Assembly (NCBI GenBank): GCA_003152165.1
Contig: PLZO01000125.1
Location: 1,346-65,345 of the forward strand
Direction: 5' to 3'
Length of the DNA: 64,000 nt
Origin: Chloroflexota bacterium
Lineage (GTDB): Bacteria; Chloroflexota; Limnocylindria; Limnocylindrales; CSP1-4
The first letter of the stretch is position 1. Each line of letters starts with the position of its first letter. Under the pieces are notes generated by a model. That model was not told the origin of the DNA, ran no database searches, and worked only from the letters and a program-made list of their open reading frames with translations. Positions 17,686 through 27,563 of this stretch are shown here, in pieces. The position numbers and the translations under genes are program-made.

Positions 17686-20151
17686 ATGAGCGGGGGCTTC
17701 GAGGAGATCGTTCAGGCGCTTGACGACGGCGGGTGGCTGAAGGGCGAGGTTACCGGCAGGACCGAGATCCGTGCGCGGTGCCCGGCGCACAGCGGTTACG
17801 ACGAGAACCTCTCGGTGTTCACCGGGGCGGATGGCCGGAGTGCCGTCAAATGCCACAGCCATGGCTGCTCGACCGAAGCGATCCTCCGGGCGCTGGATTT
17901 GTGGCGCGAGCGTCGTCCGGCGCCAGCAGGAACCGTGCGCTACGAAGCCCGAACCGTCGCTGACCCGACCAAGGTCGTCGGCCATCACGTCGTTACGAAC
18001 CGTCCCGGATATGCCAAGAAGGTCCGCTGGGACCCGCCCGGCACCATCAAGCCGACCGAGCTTGCGCTGTACAAATCGTGGGACCTGAAGCCGACCGACA
18101 CGGTCGTCGTCTGCGAGGGTGAGCGGGCCACCGAAGCCGTCATTGCGGCTGGCTTTCCCGCCGTGGGAACGCAGACCGGCGCGGGATACCAGCCGTCTGA
18201 CGCTGCCCGTGCGATCCTGAAGGGCCGCGATGTCGTGCTCTGGGCTGACAACGACGCCGGTGGTCGCACCCACATGGAGAAGATCGCCGAGCAGCTCGGC
18301 CCGTGCCGGATCGTCGACGTCTCCGATGCCCCTGACAAATGGGATGCGGGCGATGCGTCGGATGGTGATATTCGGCGGTCGGTTCGAGCGGCTCAGGCGT
18401 ATGTGGTCACGGCCCCGACCAAGGCAGCCACGAAGGAATCGGCAGCGACCCGGCTGGTCAACCTGGCTCACGCCGCGGGCGTAGAGCTCTTCCGTGATCA
18501 GGATGGCATCCCGTATCTCGCTCACCGCCATGCGGTCATGCCGTTTCCCGGCGGCGAGGTCGGGAAGTGGCTCCGGCAGCTCTGGTGGGAGGCCGAACGC
18601 AAAGCCCTGAGCTCAGATGCCATCAAGGAGGCAGCCTCGACCCTCGAAGTCGAAGCGCTCTTCGGCAGCGTCGTCGATGGCGTGTATCTGCGCGTTGCGC
18701 CGATTGCTGACGGCATCGCCCTCGATCTTGGCACGCCGGACTTCACGGCGGCGGTCATTCGCCCATCCGGCTGGACAGTTGAAGAACACCCAGTCCGATT
18801 CCGCCGGCCGAGAACGATGGGCCCGTTACCCGTGCCGATTCGCGGCGGGCAGCTGCCGGACCTGACAAGGCTCATGAATCTCGGTGATGACCGGCAGACC
18901 AAGCTGATGATCGGCTTCCTGATCGGGTCTCTGTGCCCCACTGGGCCGTATGCCCTGTTGGGCCTGACCGGCGAGCAGGGGTCGGCGAAATCGTTCACCG
19001 CGCGGCTGGCCCGGCGGACGATCGACCCGGTTGTCGACGGCAACGGGCTCAAGAGCCTCACGAAATCCGATGAGTCCTTCTGGACCGTGTGCTACCACAG
19101 CCGGCTGCCGGCATTCGACAACATCAGCGGGCTGAGCGCCGAGCAGTCCGATCGGTTTGCCCAGCTCGCCACCGGAGCCGGCCGAACGGCCAGAAAGCTG
19201 TTCTCCGACGGCGATGAATTCACCCAATCGGCCTGTCGGCCCGCGATCCTCAATGGGATCGAGCTGGCCGAGCGGCCGGATCTCCTGAGCCGGACGATCA
19301 CCCTGAACCTGCCCCAGATCGAGGGTGGCTGGACCGTTGAGACACACTTGACCGCCGAATTTGACGCCAAGCACCCCGCCCTGCTGGGGGCATTGCTCGA
19401 TGTCATGGTCGGCGTGGTCGGTCGCATCGATTCCCTGCCGATGACCGGCTGGAAAGCCCGCATGCCCGACCACATTCGCTGGGTCTCGGCCGGCGAACCC
19501 GCGCTCGGCTGGGTCGACGGATCGTACGAAACGCTGTTCGCCGAGGCTCAGGATCAACTGATGGCCGATGCTGCCGAGGGCATCGTCTGGCTGGCTGACC
19601 TCCACAGCCTGATCCAGAACGGGTCGGGAAATTGGTCCGGCACGGCCGGCGACCTGCTCAGGCAGCTCAACGACAGCGCGACCGGCTCCGGGGCCACGAA
19701 GCTGCCCGATCGCGGGTACGGCTGGCCCAAGTCCGGCAAGGGGATGAGCGATGCGCTCAACCGCTACGCACCCGTGCTGCGCATGGCCGGGATCGTTCAT
19801 CGGGCCACCCCCGACCCACACACAAAGCAGCAGATCCACGACCTGTCCTACAACCCGGCCGGCCCGCACGCATGGATCGTGAGTCCTGCGGGTGTTGCGG
19901 GTGTTGCGGGTGTGAATTCCTCTTCTGTAATAGATGGAGGAGAGGAGGCCAAGCCGGCCGAGGCGCAGGCCACGGCCTCGCCGATCGCGAACCCCTCGCA
20001 TAAGGAAACAACACCCGCAACACCCGCAACACCCGCAACTCCGGCCACCGATCTTGATTCGGTCGTGGACGCTCGCCACGGTCCGCGAGTCTTCGATCTA
20101 ACCCCAGAGAGTGACGCCCAAGAGGCTACGGAGGTGCTCGTGCCCGTCTAG
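17686..20151 (+). CDS. primase-helicase-like replication protein (Zn finger + TOPRIM + P-loop ATPase)
   Basis: RCPAH...KCHSHGC; VVVCEGE and LWADNDAGG; LTGEQGSAKS Walker A, AFDNIS Walker B. Confidence 0.85.
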   Translation: MSGGFEEIVQALDDGGWLKGEVTGRTEIRARCPAHSGYDENLSVFTGADGRSAVKCHSHGCSTEAILRALDLWRERRPAPAGTVRYEARTVADPTKVVGHHVVTNRPGYAKKVRWDPPGTIKPTELALYKSWDLKPTDTVVVCEGERATEAVIAAGFPAVGTQTGAGYQPSDAARAILKGRDVVLWADNDAGGRTHMEKIAEQLGPCRIVDVSDAPDKWDAGDASDGDIRRSVRAAQAYVVTAPTKAATKESAATRLVNLAHAAGVELFRDQDGIPYLAHRHAVMPFPGGEVGKWLRQLWWEAERKALSSDAIKEAASTLEVEALFGSVVDGVYLRVAPIADGIALDLGTPDFTAAVIRPSGWTVEEHPVRFRRPRTMGPLPVPIRGGQLPDLTRLMNLGDDRQTKLMIGFLIGSLCPTGPYALLGLTGEQGSAKSFTARLARRTIDPVVDGNGLKSLTKSDESFWTVCYHSRLPAFDNISGLSAEQSDRFAQLATGAGRTARKLFSDGDEFTQSACRPAILNGIELAERPDLLSRTITLNLPQIEGGWTVETHLTAEFDAKHPALLGALLDVMVGVVGRIDSLPMTGWKARMPDHIRWVSAGEPALGWVDGSYETLFAEAQDQLMADAAEGIVWLADLHSLIQNGSGNWSGTAGDLLRQLNDSATGSGATKLPDRGYGWPKSGKGMSDALNRYAPVLRMAGIVHRATPDPHTKQQIHDLSYNPAGPHAWIVSPAGVAGVAGVNSSSVIDGGEEAKPAEAQATASPIANPSHKETTPATPATPATPATDLDSVVDARHGPRVFDLTPESDAQEATEVLVPV
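19887..20037. repeat. inverted pair of (TGCGGGTGT)3 / (ACACCCGCA)3 arrays, candidate origin
   Basis: Perfect 27-bp inverted repeat (19887-19913, 20011-20037) with a 97-bp spacer inside the primase 3' end. Confidence 0.85.
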
Positions 20152-20311
20152 CAACAGGACCGCGACAGCATTCAAGAAGGAAACAGACAAGAAACGGAGA
20201 ATCTGAGATGAACCTGGCAATGAAGAAATCGACGGCCAAACGTGGGAGCGCCGTGAAGTCGATCAACAGGCTTCGGCTCAGACCGAAACTCTGGCCGAGC
20301 GGCGGGCACGA

Positions 20312-20371
20312 TGACCCATCTGAGTCTCGGGTGACCCATCTGAGTCTCGGGTGACCCATCTGAGTCTCGGG
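20312..20371. repeat. three perfect 20-bp tandem repeats TGACCCATCTGAGTCTCGGG (iteron-like)
   Basis: Exact copies at 20312, 20332, 20352, followed by an A-rich tract. Confidence 0.9.
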
Positions 20372-20557
20372 TGATCCAAGCAAAACGAAAAAAAGCTACA
20401 AAGGAAGAAAGCTATGAATAGGGATTTTGCTTAATCTGAAAGAAGAGTTGGTTGATTCGGAATCGAGTCGGTAACGGCACGTGTCGAACAGGAAGACTGG
20501 AGATAGTAGTGACTGTGGTTTAATTGACCACGGGCAGATCGTTAAGAAGGAGACTCG

Positions 20558-20884
20558 GTGGCGAGAATCAAGACCGTCGAACTGGTATCCCTCATTCCAG
20601 AGAAGAAGGAACGCAAGCTGTCGGCCCGGCAGATTGCGTTGATGAAACGTGAATCCGAGTATGAAAAGGCGATCAACAAGCTAGTAAAGGGGAATGCGCT
20701 GGCATTCGAGCCAACGGAGGAGAAGCTCCCGACCCTCCGGGCATCGTTGCACCGGGTCATCGCCCGCAACGAACGAGCCGACCAGCTCCAGTTCGCCATC
20801 CTGGGCGGGATCGCCTACGTCGCCCTTGAGCCGATCCCAGGGGCCAGGGGGGCAAGGCGGAAGAAGCTGAGGCTACAAACCTGA
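20558..20884 (+). CDS. small basic hypothetical protein
   Basis: AAGGAG SD; Lys/Arg-rich 108 aa. Confidence 0.7.
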   Translation: MARIKTVELVSLIPEKKERKLSARQIALMKRESEYEKAINKLVKGNALAFEPTEEKLPTLRASLHRVIARNERADQLQFAILGGIAYVALEPIPGARGARRKKLRLQT

Positions 20885-21207
20885 ATTGCGCTGCGAGCGC
20901 CGCCACGTTGACGTAACAAAGCCGATCTGGACGGCGTACCGTCCGCAATGCGCCACCACGACGGCCTGCGATGAAGCCCGTGCTGGCCGCTGGGCCGGCC
21001 GGGTGATGCGCAGAAACACAGGGAGGACGCGGTGGATGTAGGCTCGGTGCTCCTGTTCTGGGTTGTCTTCTCGGTCGTCGTCGCGGGCGCCCACCTCTTC
21101 GCCGCCCGTGCTGCCCCCCCGGTATCGAGTAGTCGAGGCGTCGATGACCAGACCCGGAGACCACAGAGTGTGAGCCGGTCGAGCGCACCTTCATCGGCCT
21201 CGAGCGC

Positions 21208-22500
21208 TCACCGAGGGTCGTTCGGTGAGTTGGACAGCGACATGGCCTCAACCCCGCTGTGGCCAGCCTGCTTGGCGCGGTAGAGCGCGGCGTCCGCCGT
21301 ACGCAGGACCTCGTCTTCATCGTGAGCCGCGCTTCGTCCGAGCAGGGCGATGCCGGCGCTGATCGTGAGGACCTGAGGCCCGCTCGGCGTCGGATAGTGC
21401 AGCCGGAGCTCCTCGATCGCACATCGGCTCCGCTCGGCGGCCCGCGCGGCCCCCTCGAGGGGCTGCTCGGGCATGAGGACGACGAACTCGTCGCCCCCGA
21501 AGCGGCAGACGGTGTCGGTCGCGCGCACGCTCGCCGCCAGGACTGCCGCGACGGCCCGGAGGGCAGCGTCGCCGGCGACATGTCCGAGTGAGTCGTTGTA
21601 GGCCTTGAAGCCATCGAGGTCGAGCAGCGCGATCGCGCAGTCGTTGCCGTAGCGGGTCGCCCGGGCTGCCGCCGCAGTGAGCTCCTCGTCCAGCCGCCGC
21701 CGGTTGCCGAGGCCAGTCAGGGGATCCGTTCGCGTCACCCGAGCCAGCTCGCCGTTGAGGCGCTCCAGCTCCGCCTCGCGAGCGACCGTCCGGGCGTGTG
21801 CGCGACGCGCCTCCATCTGGAGCCCGAACGCCCTCCTTCGCACGCTCGAGGCACCGACGCAGCCAACGAGACTCGCAAGGCCGGAGATGACCAGGACGAG
21901 CCAGGCGCCGAACCAATCAGCGGCCGGCACGGCGGCACGAGCGGAGGCCACCGTGAAGATGGCGAGCACCGGTGCTCCTGCCAGCAGCCAGCCCGCCTGG
22001 ACCGTGACGCTCCAGGGCAGGAACAGAGCGACCGCCGGTGGGAGCAGCGCGAGGAGCATCAGCGACGGCGTCCGGATCTCGGGGACGAAGACGAACAGGC
22101 AGAACATCGTCACGGTGGTCGAAAAAGCAAGCGCGAATGCGAGCGGGAGCGGCGGCAGCCGCCAGCCCCCGAGGGCGAGGACAGTCGCGCCGAGGCCGAT
22201 TACGCTCCCGATCCCAAAGATCACAAACAGCTGGAACTGCCGCTCCGGGAGCAGGAGCATCATGCCAATGGCGATGAGTGGCGTGAGGGCGGCCAACGTG
22301 ATCCCGGCGAGCACGGTCGCCGCCCGGAGCGCCCGGCGTGTCGTGGCCCGGAACAGCGATTGCTCGCGGACCGTGAGCGACCGGTCGGCCGGCTCAGGTT
22401 CGGCCCGCCGCTCCTGCGCCGATGGCAACCCAAGCGCGGTTTGCACCAGCCGGGCGAGGTCGCGTGCTCGTGAGCTTCTGGCTTGGACCGTTCGGGTCAT
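21208..22500 (-). CDS. membrane-bound diguanylate cyclase
   Basis: Multiple TM helices, TDPLTGLGNRR, DLDGFKAYND, RxxD I-site (RATD), RFGGDEF. Confidence 0.93.
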   Translation of the reverse strand: MTRTVQARSSRARDLARLVQTALGLPSAQERRAEPEPADRSLTVREQSLFRATTRRALRAATVLAGITLAALTPLIAIGMMLLLPERQFQLFVIFGIGSVIGLGATVLALGGWRLPPLPLAFALAFSTTVTMFCLFVFVPEIRTPSLMLLALLPPAVALFLPWSVTVQAGWLLAGAPVLAIFTVASARAAVPAADWFGAWLVLVISGLASLVGCVGASSVRRRAFGLQMEARRAHARTVAREAELERLNGELARVTRTDPLTGLGNRRRLDEELTAAAARATRYGNDCAIALLDLDGFKAYNDSLGHVAGDAALRAVAAVLAASVRATDTVCRFGGDEFVVLMPEQPLEGAARAAERSRCAIEELRLHYPTPSGPQVLTISAGIALLGRSAAHDEDEVLRTADAALYRAKQAGHSGVEAMSLSNSPNDPR

Positions 22501-25500
22501 CCTGGAGGCGCTGACGGGCGAGGACTACCGCCGCGCAGCCTGCTCATCGGCCTCGAGGACCCCGAGATGCCCCGTGCCGGGGAGACCTTTGGGCTCGAGC
22601 GCCCGTTCGCTCGCCGACCGGCTGGCGGACGGTTGTTGCCGGCCCGGGTCGCCCGGTTTCCGGAGGCAATGGGGAGCGGCTCCGGTCGCCCGAGCAGATA
22701 CCCCTGGCCGAACGAGACGCCGAGTTCGCGCAGCATCTCGAGCTCGGCGGGGTCCTCGATCCCCTCGGCGATGACCTGGCAGCCGGCCCGTACCGCGAAA
22801 TGACTCAAGCCGGCGATCATTGCCTGGCGGGTCAGGTCTCGATCCACGTGACGCACGAGGCTGATGTCGAGCTTGAGGAAGCGCGGCGCGAGTTCGACGA
22901 TGTGGCGAAGGCTTGCGAAGCCAGAGCCCGCGTCGTCGACGGCCAAGCTGACCGTGGGCCCGAACCCGGCGACCGCCCTGCGAAGCGCCGCGTAATCGTC
23001 GATCTCGGCGTGCTCGGTGACCTCGATCACGAACCGGCGCGACCGATCGCGCAGCAGCCCGGCAAGTTCGCTCGGGTGAAGGATCACCTCTGGCGAGGCA
23101 TTCAGGCTGAGCCAGCGGTCGGGCGCCAGCGTTTCGGACGCCTCGAGCGCGGCCGCGAGACAGGCGATCTCAAGTTCGAGACCCAAACTCACCGAGTGCG
23201 CCTCGGCGATCATCTGATCGGGCGGCGTGCCATCGGCGAAGCGGGTGAGCGCCTCGTAGCCGACGGGCTCGGCCGAGGCGAGCGCCACGATCGGCTGGAA
23301 GACCGGACTGAGACCGCCCTCCGCCAGGGCACGCCGGACGTGCTCCCGAGCCCGAGCGTCCCGGTAACCCCGTTCGAGCTGGCCGCTGAGCAGCGCATTC
23401 GCGCTCGCCGCAAACTCGCCGACGGCCGGGAGGTGGTCGATCAGATGGCGGACGTACGCTTCGTCGCGCGTCCCCACGGCGACAACACCGAGCAGGCCGT
23501 CACCGTTGCGGATCGGGGCGAAGGCGCTCGCCCGGAGGCCAAGCCCGGCGATCTGTCGACCGTATTGACCGTCCTCGGGTCGTGTACGCCACGCCTCGGC
23601 CCAGGGACCCTGCGCAGCGCGCTCGTACAGGTACCTGGCGCGCGCGGCGGGCAAGGGTCGACCGGGGACCAGCGGCTCGTTCGCGGGGCCGGCTGAGGCG
23701 AGGACGAAGGCATGCTCGGGGTCGAGGAAGGTGAAGATCGCCACGAGGTCGATGCTAGGCAGGCCAAGAACCTCGCCGCAGATGAGCGCGGCTGTCGCCT
23801 CGGCGTTGGGGCCGGGCTGGAGGCGGGCGAGGGCCGCGGCCACCTCGGCGCGTTCGCGGAACCCGCGGGCGAGCCCGAACTCCGCAGCGCGGAGCGCCGT
23901 GACGTCGCGCTTGACGGCCACGTACCCGGTGGTCTCGCCGCCCGGGCCGCCGCGGAGCGGGGAGATCGTCGCCTCTTCCTCGTAGAGGGAGCCGTCCTTG
24001 CGCCGGTTGATCAGCGTCCCGGTCCAGCTCTGGCCGCGCGTCAGACGGCGCCACAGCGCCCGATAGAAGGCCGCCGACTGGCGGCCGCTCTGGAGGATCC
24101 GCGGGTTCGCCCCGATGACTTCGTCACGACGGTAGCCGGACACCCGCTCGAAGGCCGGGTTGACGTATTCGATCGTGCCCGCGAGGTCGGCGATGATCAC
24201 CGAGTCGGACGTCTGCTCGACGGCCGCGACGAGTCGCTCACGCTCGATTGCGAGGGCACGCTCGTCGGTCACGTCGCGCTCGACGGCCACGAATCCCGTG
24301 ACGGTGCCGTCGGCGTCGCGGACCGGCGAGATCGAGGCCTCCGCGACGCGCTCCGTCCCGTCACCGCGGCGGTGGACGAGGTCGCCGACCCACGACTCAC
24401 CGGCCGATACCGTTCGCCGCATCGCCTCGGAGGTCGCCTTTGACTGCGGGCTCCCGAGGACGCTGGTCCTGCCGCCGACCAATTCATCGAGCCGGAAGCC
24501 ACTCAACCGCTCGAATGCCGGGTTGACGTACTCGATCTCGGCCGTCGGGCCAGTGATCAGGATCGCCTCGCTCGTCTGGCCGATCGCCTGGGCGAGCTTG
24601 CGATCCTGGACCTCGATCCGGCGGAGCTCGGTGACGTCGCTGAAGAAGCCGATGTTGCAGGCCACCCCGTCCACGACGGCCGCCGATCCCCTGACGTCGG
24701 CCAGCAGGATCGTGCCGTCCTTGCGCTGGCAGGGAACCGACCTCGCCATGGTGGTTCGACCGTCGGCGATGGCCTGGAACCGGTCCAGGACCGTCGGCAG
24801 GTCCGCCGGTGGATGGATGTCGTGGACCGTCAGCCCGACGAGCTCGTCTCGGGTGTAGCCGAGCAGCGCGCAGGCAGCCTGGTTCACCCAGCGGAGGCGC
24901 CCCGTCGCCAGATCGGCGATGAGGATGGCTTCGGCGGTGCCCTCGAAGATCGCCGCGTAGCGGAGCTCGGACGCGATGAGCGCGTCCTGCGCCTCCCGCT
25001 GCTCGGTGATGTCCTGGACGGTGCCGACCATCCGGACCGGAGCGCCATGCTCGTCGTGGACGAGCTCGGCCTCATCATGGATGATCCGGACGGTGCCGTC
25101 GGGTCGGACGGCCCGGTAGTCGAGGGCATACTGGCCGCTGCCCGTGATCGCCGCCCGCTCGGACGCCTGGACTCGGGCCCGATCGTCAGGATGAACGAAC
25201 GCGAGGAACACCTCGGTCGTCCCGGGGATCGTGCCGGGCTCGACCCCGTAGATCCTGTGCAGCTCCTCGGAGCGCTGGGCGGTCTCGGTCGCGAGGTCCC
25301 ACTCCCAGCTGCCGATGTGGGAGATCCGCTGCGCTTCGGCGAGGTTGCGCTCGCTTCGGCGGAGTCCCTCTACGAGCCGCGCCCGCTCTCTCTCTGTCGC
25401 AACCTGCTCGGTGATGTCGGCGATCGTGCCGAGCATCCGCAGCGGTCGCCCGGACCTGTCGAGCTCCAGCGCGCCGCGCCCGTGGACCCAGCGTTCCGCG

Positions 25501-25868
25501 CCCGTGTCGGCACGGACGATCCGGTATTGGCGGTCGAACGGCAGGGCGCGACCGAGCACCTCGTCGGCGAAGTAGGCGACCATCGCCTCGCGGTCGGCCG
25601 GATGAATGAGCGAGGTCCAGCCCCCTACGGACCGATCGAACCCAGCATCGATCCCGTAGATCGCGTCCAGGCGCTTCGAGCTCACCCAGCGTCCCGAGGA
25701 GATGTCGAGCGAATACGAACCGATCCGTGCGACCGACTCCACCTCGTCGAGCAGGCGGTCGGCCGACGAAGGGCCCCGGCGTGACGCCCTCGCGGATGCC
25801 GGGGTCGCACGCGATGCCCCGAGGCGTGGCTGGCTGTTGTTGGTAGGTCTGGTCTTGACTTGTGTCAT
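22497..25868 (-). CDS. multi-PAS/GAF EAL phosphodiesterase
   Basis: Tandem PAS/PAC domains (IHPADR, YVNPAFER), GAF, GYEALTRF, IEVTEH, VDDAGSGF, AEGIE, QGY. Confidence 0.92.
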   Translation of the reverse strand: MTQVKTRPTNNSQPRLGASRATPASARASRRGPSSADRLLDEVESVARIGSYSLDISSGRWVSSKRLDAIYGIDAGFDRSVGGWTSLIHPADREAMVAYFADEVLGRALPFDRQYRIVRADTGAERWVHGRGALELDRSGRPLRMLGTIADITEQVATERERARLVEGLRRSERNLAEAQRISHIGSWEWDLATETAQRSEELHRIYGVEPGTIPGTTEVFLAFVHPDDRARVQASERAAITGSGQYALDYRAVRPDGTVRIIHDEAELVHDEHGAPVRMVGTVQDITEQREAQDALIASELRYAAIFEGTAEAILIADLATGRLRWVNQAACALLGYTRDELVGLTVHDIHPPADLPTVLDRFQAIADGRTTMARSVPCQRKDGTILLADVRGSAAVVDGVACNIGFFSDVTELRRIEVQDRKLAQAIGQTSEAILITGPTAEIEYVNPAFERLSGFRLDELVGGRTSVLGSPQSKATSEAMRRTVSAGESWVGDLVHRRGDGTERVAEASISPVRDADGTVTGFVAVERDVTDERALAIERERLVAAVEQTSDSVIIADLAGTIEYVNPAFERVSGYRRDEVIGANPRILQSGRQSAAFYRALWRRLTRGQSWTGTLINRRKDGSLYEEEATISPLRGGPGGETTGYVAVKRDVTALRAAEFGLARGFRERAEVAAALARLQPGPNAEATAALICGEVLGLPSIDLVAIFTFLDPEHAFVLASAGPANEPLVPGRPLPAARARYLYERAAQGPWAEAWRTRPEDGQYGRQIAGLGLRASAFAPIRNGDGLLGVVAVGTRDEAYVRHLIDHLPAVGEFAASANALLSGQLERGYRDARAREHVRRALAEGGLSPVFQPIVALASAEPVGYEALTRFADGTPPDQMIAEAHSVSLGLELEIACLAAALEASETLAPDRWLSLNASPEVILHPSELAGLLRDRSRRFVIEVTEHAEIDDYAALRRAVAGFGPTVSLAVDDAGSGFASLRHIVELAPRFLKLDISLVRHVDRDLTRQAMIAGLSHFAVRAGCQVIAEGIEDPAELEMLRELGVSFGQGYLLGRPEPLPIASGNRATRAGNNRPPAGRRANGRSSPKVSPARGISGSSRPMSRLRGGSPRPSAPPG

Positions 25869-26158
25869 CGCAGTCCTCGGTTCCGCTCATCACGGCCCGA
25901 CGATCACGCGCAGGACCGAGCGGTGCATGGCGGCACCGGATCGAGCATGAATCCAATATCGGCCCACAACAACTGGACGGATGGTTCGGCTGAAGCCGCC
26001 GATGGTCACAGCCGCGTCGGCCCGGCATTGGTCTTGATGTTGGGGCGTTGGCTGGCGAGGAACGATTCGCGAGCTTCGATCTCCTGATCCAGAGTTAGTA
26101 CCGCGCCCGTTCTGACCCCATCTTTCACGCTCCAACGGGTCCCTTGGTCTACATGGAT

Positions 26159-26187
26159 TACCCCCAAGATCGTTGGGCTTGGGGGTA
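26159..26187. other. 10-bp perfect inverted repeat (hairpin or operator)
   Basis: TACCCCCAAG-N9-CTTGGGGGTA upstream of the EAL gene. Confidence 0.5.
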
Positions 26188-26520
26188 GCGGTGGGGGTAT
26201 TTCTGAGGCAACTCGGGGTCACAGAATCGCTTGGCGCCGGCATCGGCGAAACCCGAAATCAGAAATGCCAGCCAGTCCTAAAAGGCCACTCAGCCCGTCA
26301 GGGCGAATTTGCCCGGCAATGCTAGGAATCGTCGCCCTCGAGGCGATCGCGGGCGCCGGCGACCGCGCAGGACGAGGAAGATTGAGGCGGGTTGAGCAAG
26401 CACTCGATCCCAAGCTCACGGGTCGAGCTGGACGAAGATCGGCACTCCTATGCTTGCTCGCAAATACGCCGGCGATTGCGCCGGCTAATGTCAACCTATC
26501 GATCGCTGGAGGAGCTTCAA

Positions 26521-26847
26521 ATGGCAGCGTTCAAGACGATCAAAGTCGGCAAACCGCTCAATCTCGATGACCTCAAGAAGAAGTCTACCCCGCGCGGCCA
26601 TCGTGCCAATCCGCGGGACGAGGACCTCCTCCGGCTCGTCAACGAAGTGAGCGTGGGGGCCGCATCGCAGGTGCTGCCGTGGCATTACGACGGCAAGGCC
26701 GCGACAGCTCGCGCAGCCGCGACCAAGGTGATCAAGTCCTCTGAAGCGAAGGTCTACGTCAGTAGCCGGCCGGATATGCCGGGTGTGCTGTTGTTCAGCC
26801 GCGTCCCGCTCACGGGCCGGCAGGGCAAGAACAAGATCCACGGCTGA
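26521..26847 (+). CDS. small basic hypothetical protein
   Basis: GGAGGAG SD before ATG 26521; Lys-rich 108 aa. Confidence 0.7.
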   Translation: MAAFKTIKVGKPLNLDDLKKKSTPRGHRANPRDEDLLRLVNEVSVGAASQVLPWHYDGKAATARAAATKVIKSSEAKVYVSSRPDMPGVLLFSRVPLTGRQGKNKIHG

Positions 26848-27006
26848 GGCCACCTCGATGCCGGCCGGGGGCGGCTACTTCTGCGTTCCGCCCGCTAGCC
26901 ACTCGACGACTTGCCCTCATCGTCGATCGAGCGCAGACTCCCGGGCCCGGCAAAGTTGGCAGCAATGCCCGCCCAGGGCGTCGGCAATACCAGCATCGGG
27001 GCTTGA

Positions 27007-27288
27007 GTGTCCTCTCCGAACCTCCTGTCCAATGGCACGGCCAACCGAGCCGACATTGCATACGCGGCTCATCGCGATGACCTCACGAGCCGGTTGAGCA
27101 GGGAGACCAGGATTCGCCCGGAAAGCGTCGAGCATTTCGTCAGCGCATGGGAGGCGGAAGCGGCCCAACGAGGTCTGGATCGGCTGACCGCTGGATGGTG
27201 GGAGCCGGCGTGGGATTGGATCGTGAACCATCGCTGGATGGCGACCCGGAGCCCGCAAGCCATGACCGACCCGCCGGATCGTCCGTAA
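27007..27288 (+). CDS. hypothetical protein (start uncertain)
   Basis: Protein-like segment AWEAEAAQRGLDR..WWEPAWDWI. Confidence 0.4.
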   Translation: MSSPNLLSNGTANRADIAYAAHRDDLTSRLSRETRIRPESVEHFVSAWEAEAAQRGLDRLTAGWWEPAWDWIVNHRWMATRSPQAMTDPPDRP

Positions 27289-27290
27289 CG

Positions 27291-27521
27291 ATGGCCAACA
27301 CCAACCAGAGAGCCGGGGTGATGATTGCGGTCACCGCCGACGACGATCGCTACTAGCCTGCTCGGCGCAAAGCGATGGACCTGGCAAGGGTCAGCGGACA
27401 GGCCCTCATCCTGTACGACTGGGACGCTCCGACCCTGTTCGAGCTGCACCCAGATGCACGATTTCAGGACGGAGCCCGGTCACGACTCCTCGGCCCGCTC
27501 GAGCTGAGTGTCGCCGCATGA
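27291..27521 (+). pseudogene. universal-stress-protein-like remnant with internal TAG
   Basis: MIAVTADDDRY*PARRKAMDLARVSGQALILYDWD matches the USP beta1-alpha1-beta2 pattern; truncated. Confidence 0.5.
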
Positions 27522-27563
27522 AGGCGCACCGAGCTCGATGCCGTCCAATGTTCTGGAGGAACA

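Noticed and set aside
20312..20371. Possible mini-CRISPR array
   Set aside because: Repeats are directly adjacent with no spacers, and no cas genes are in the window.
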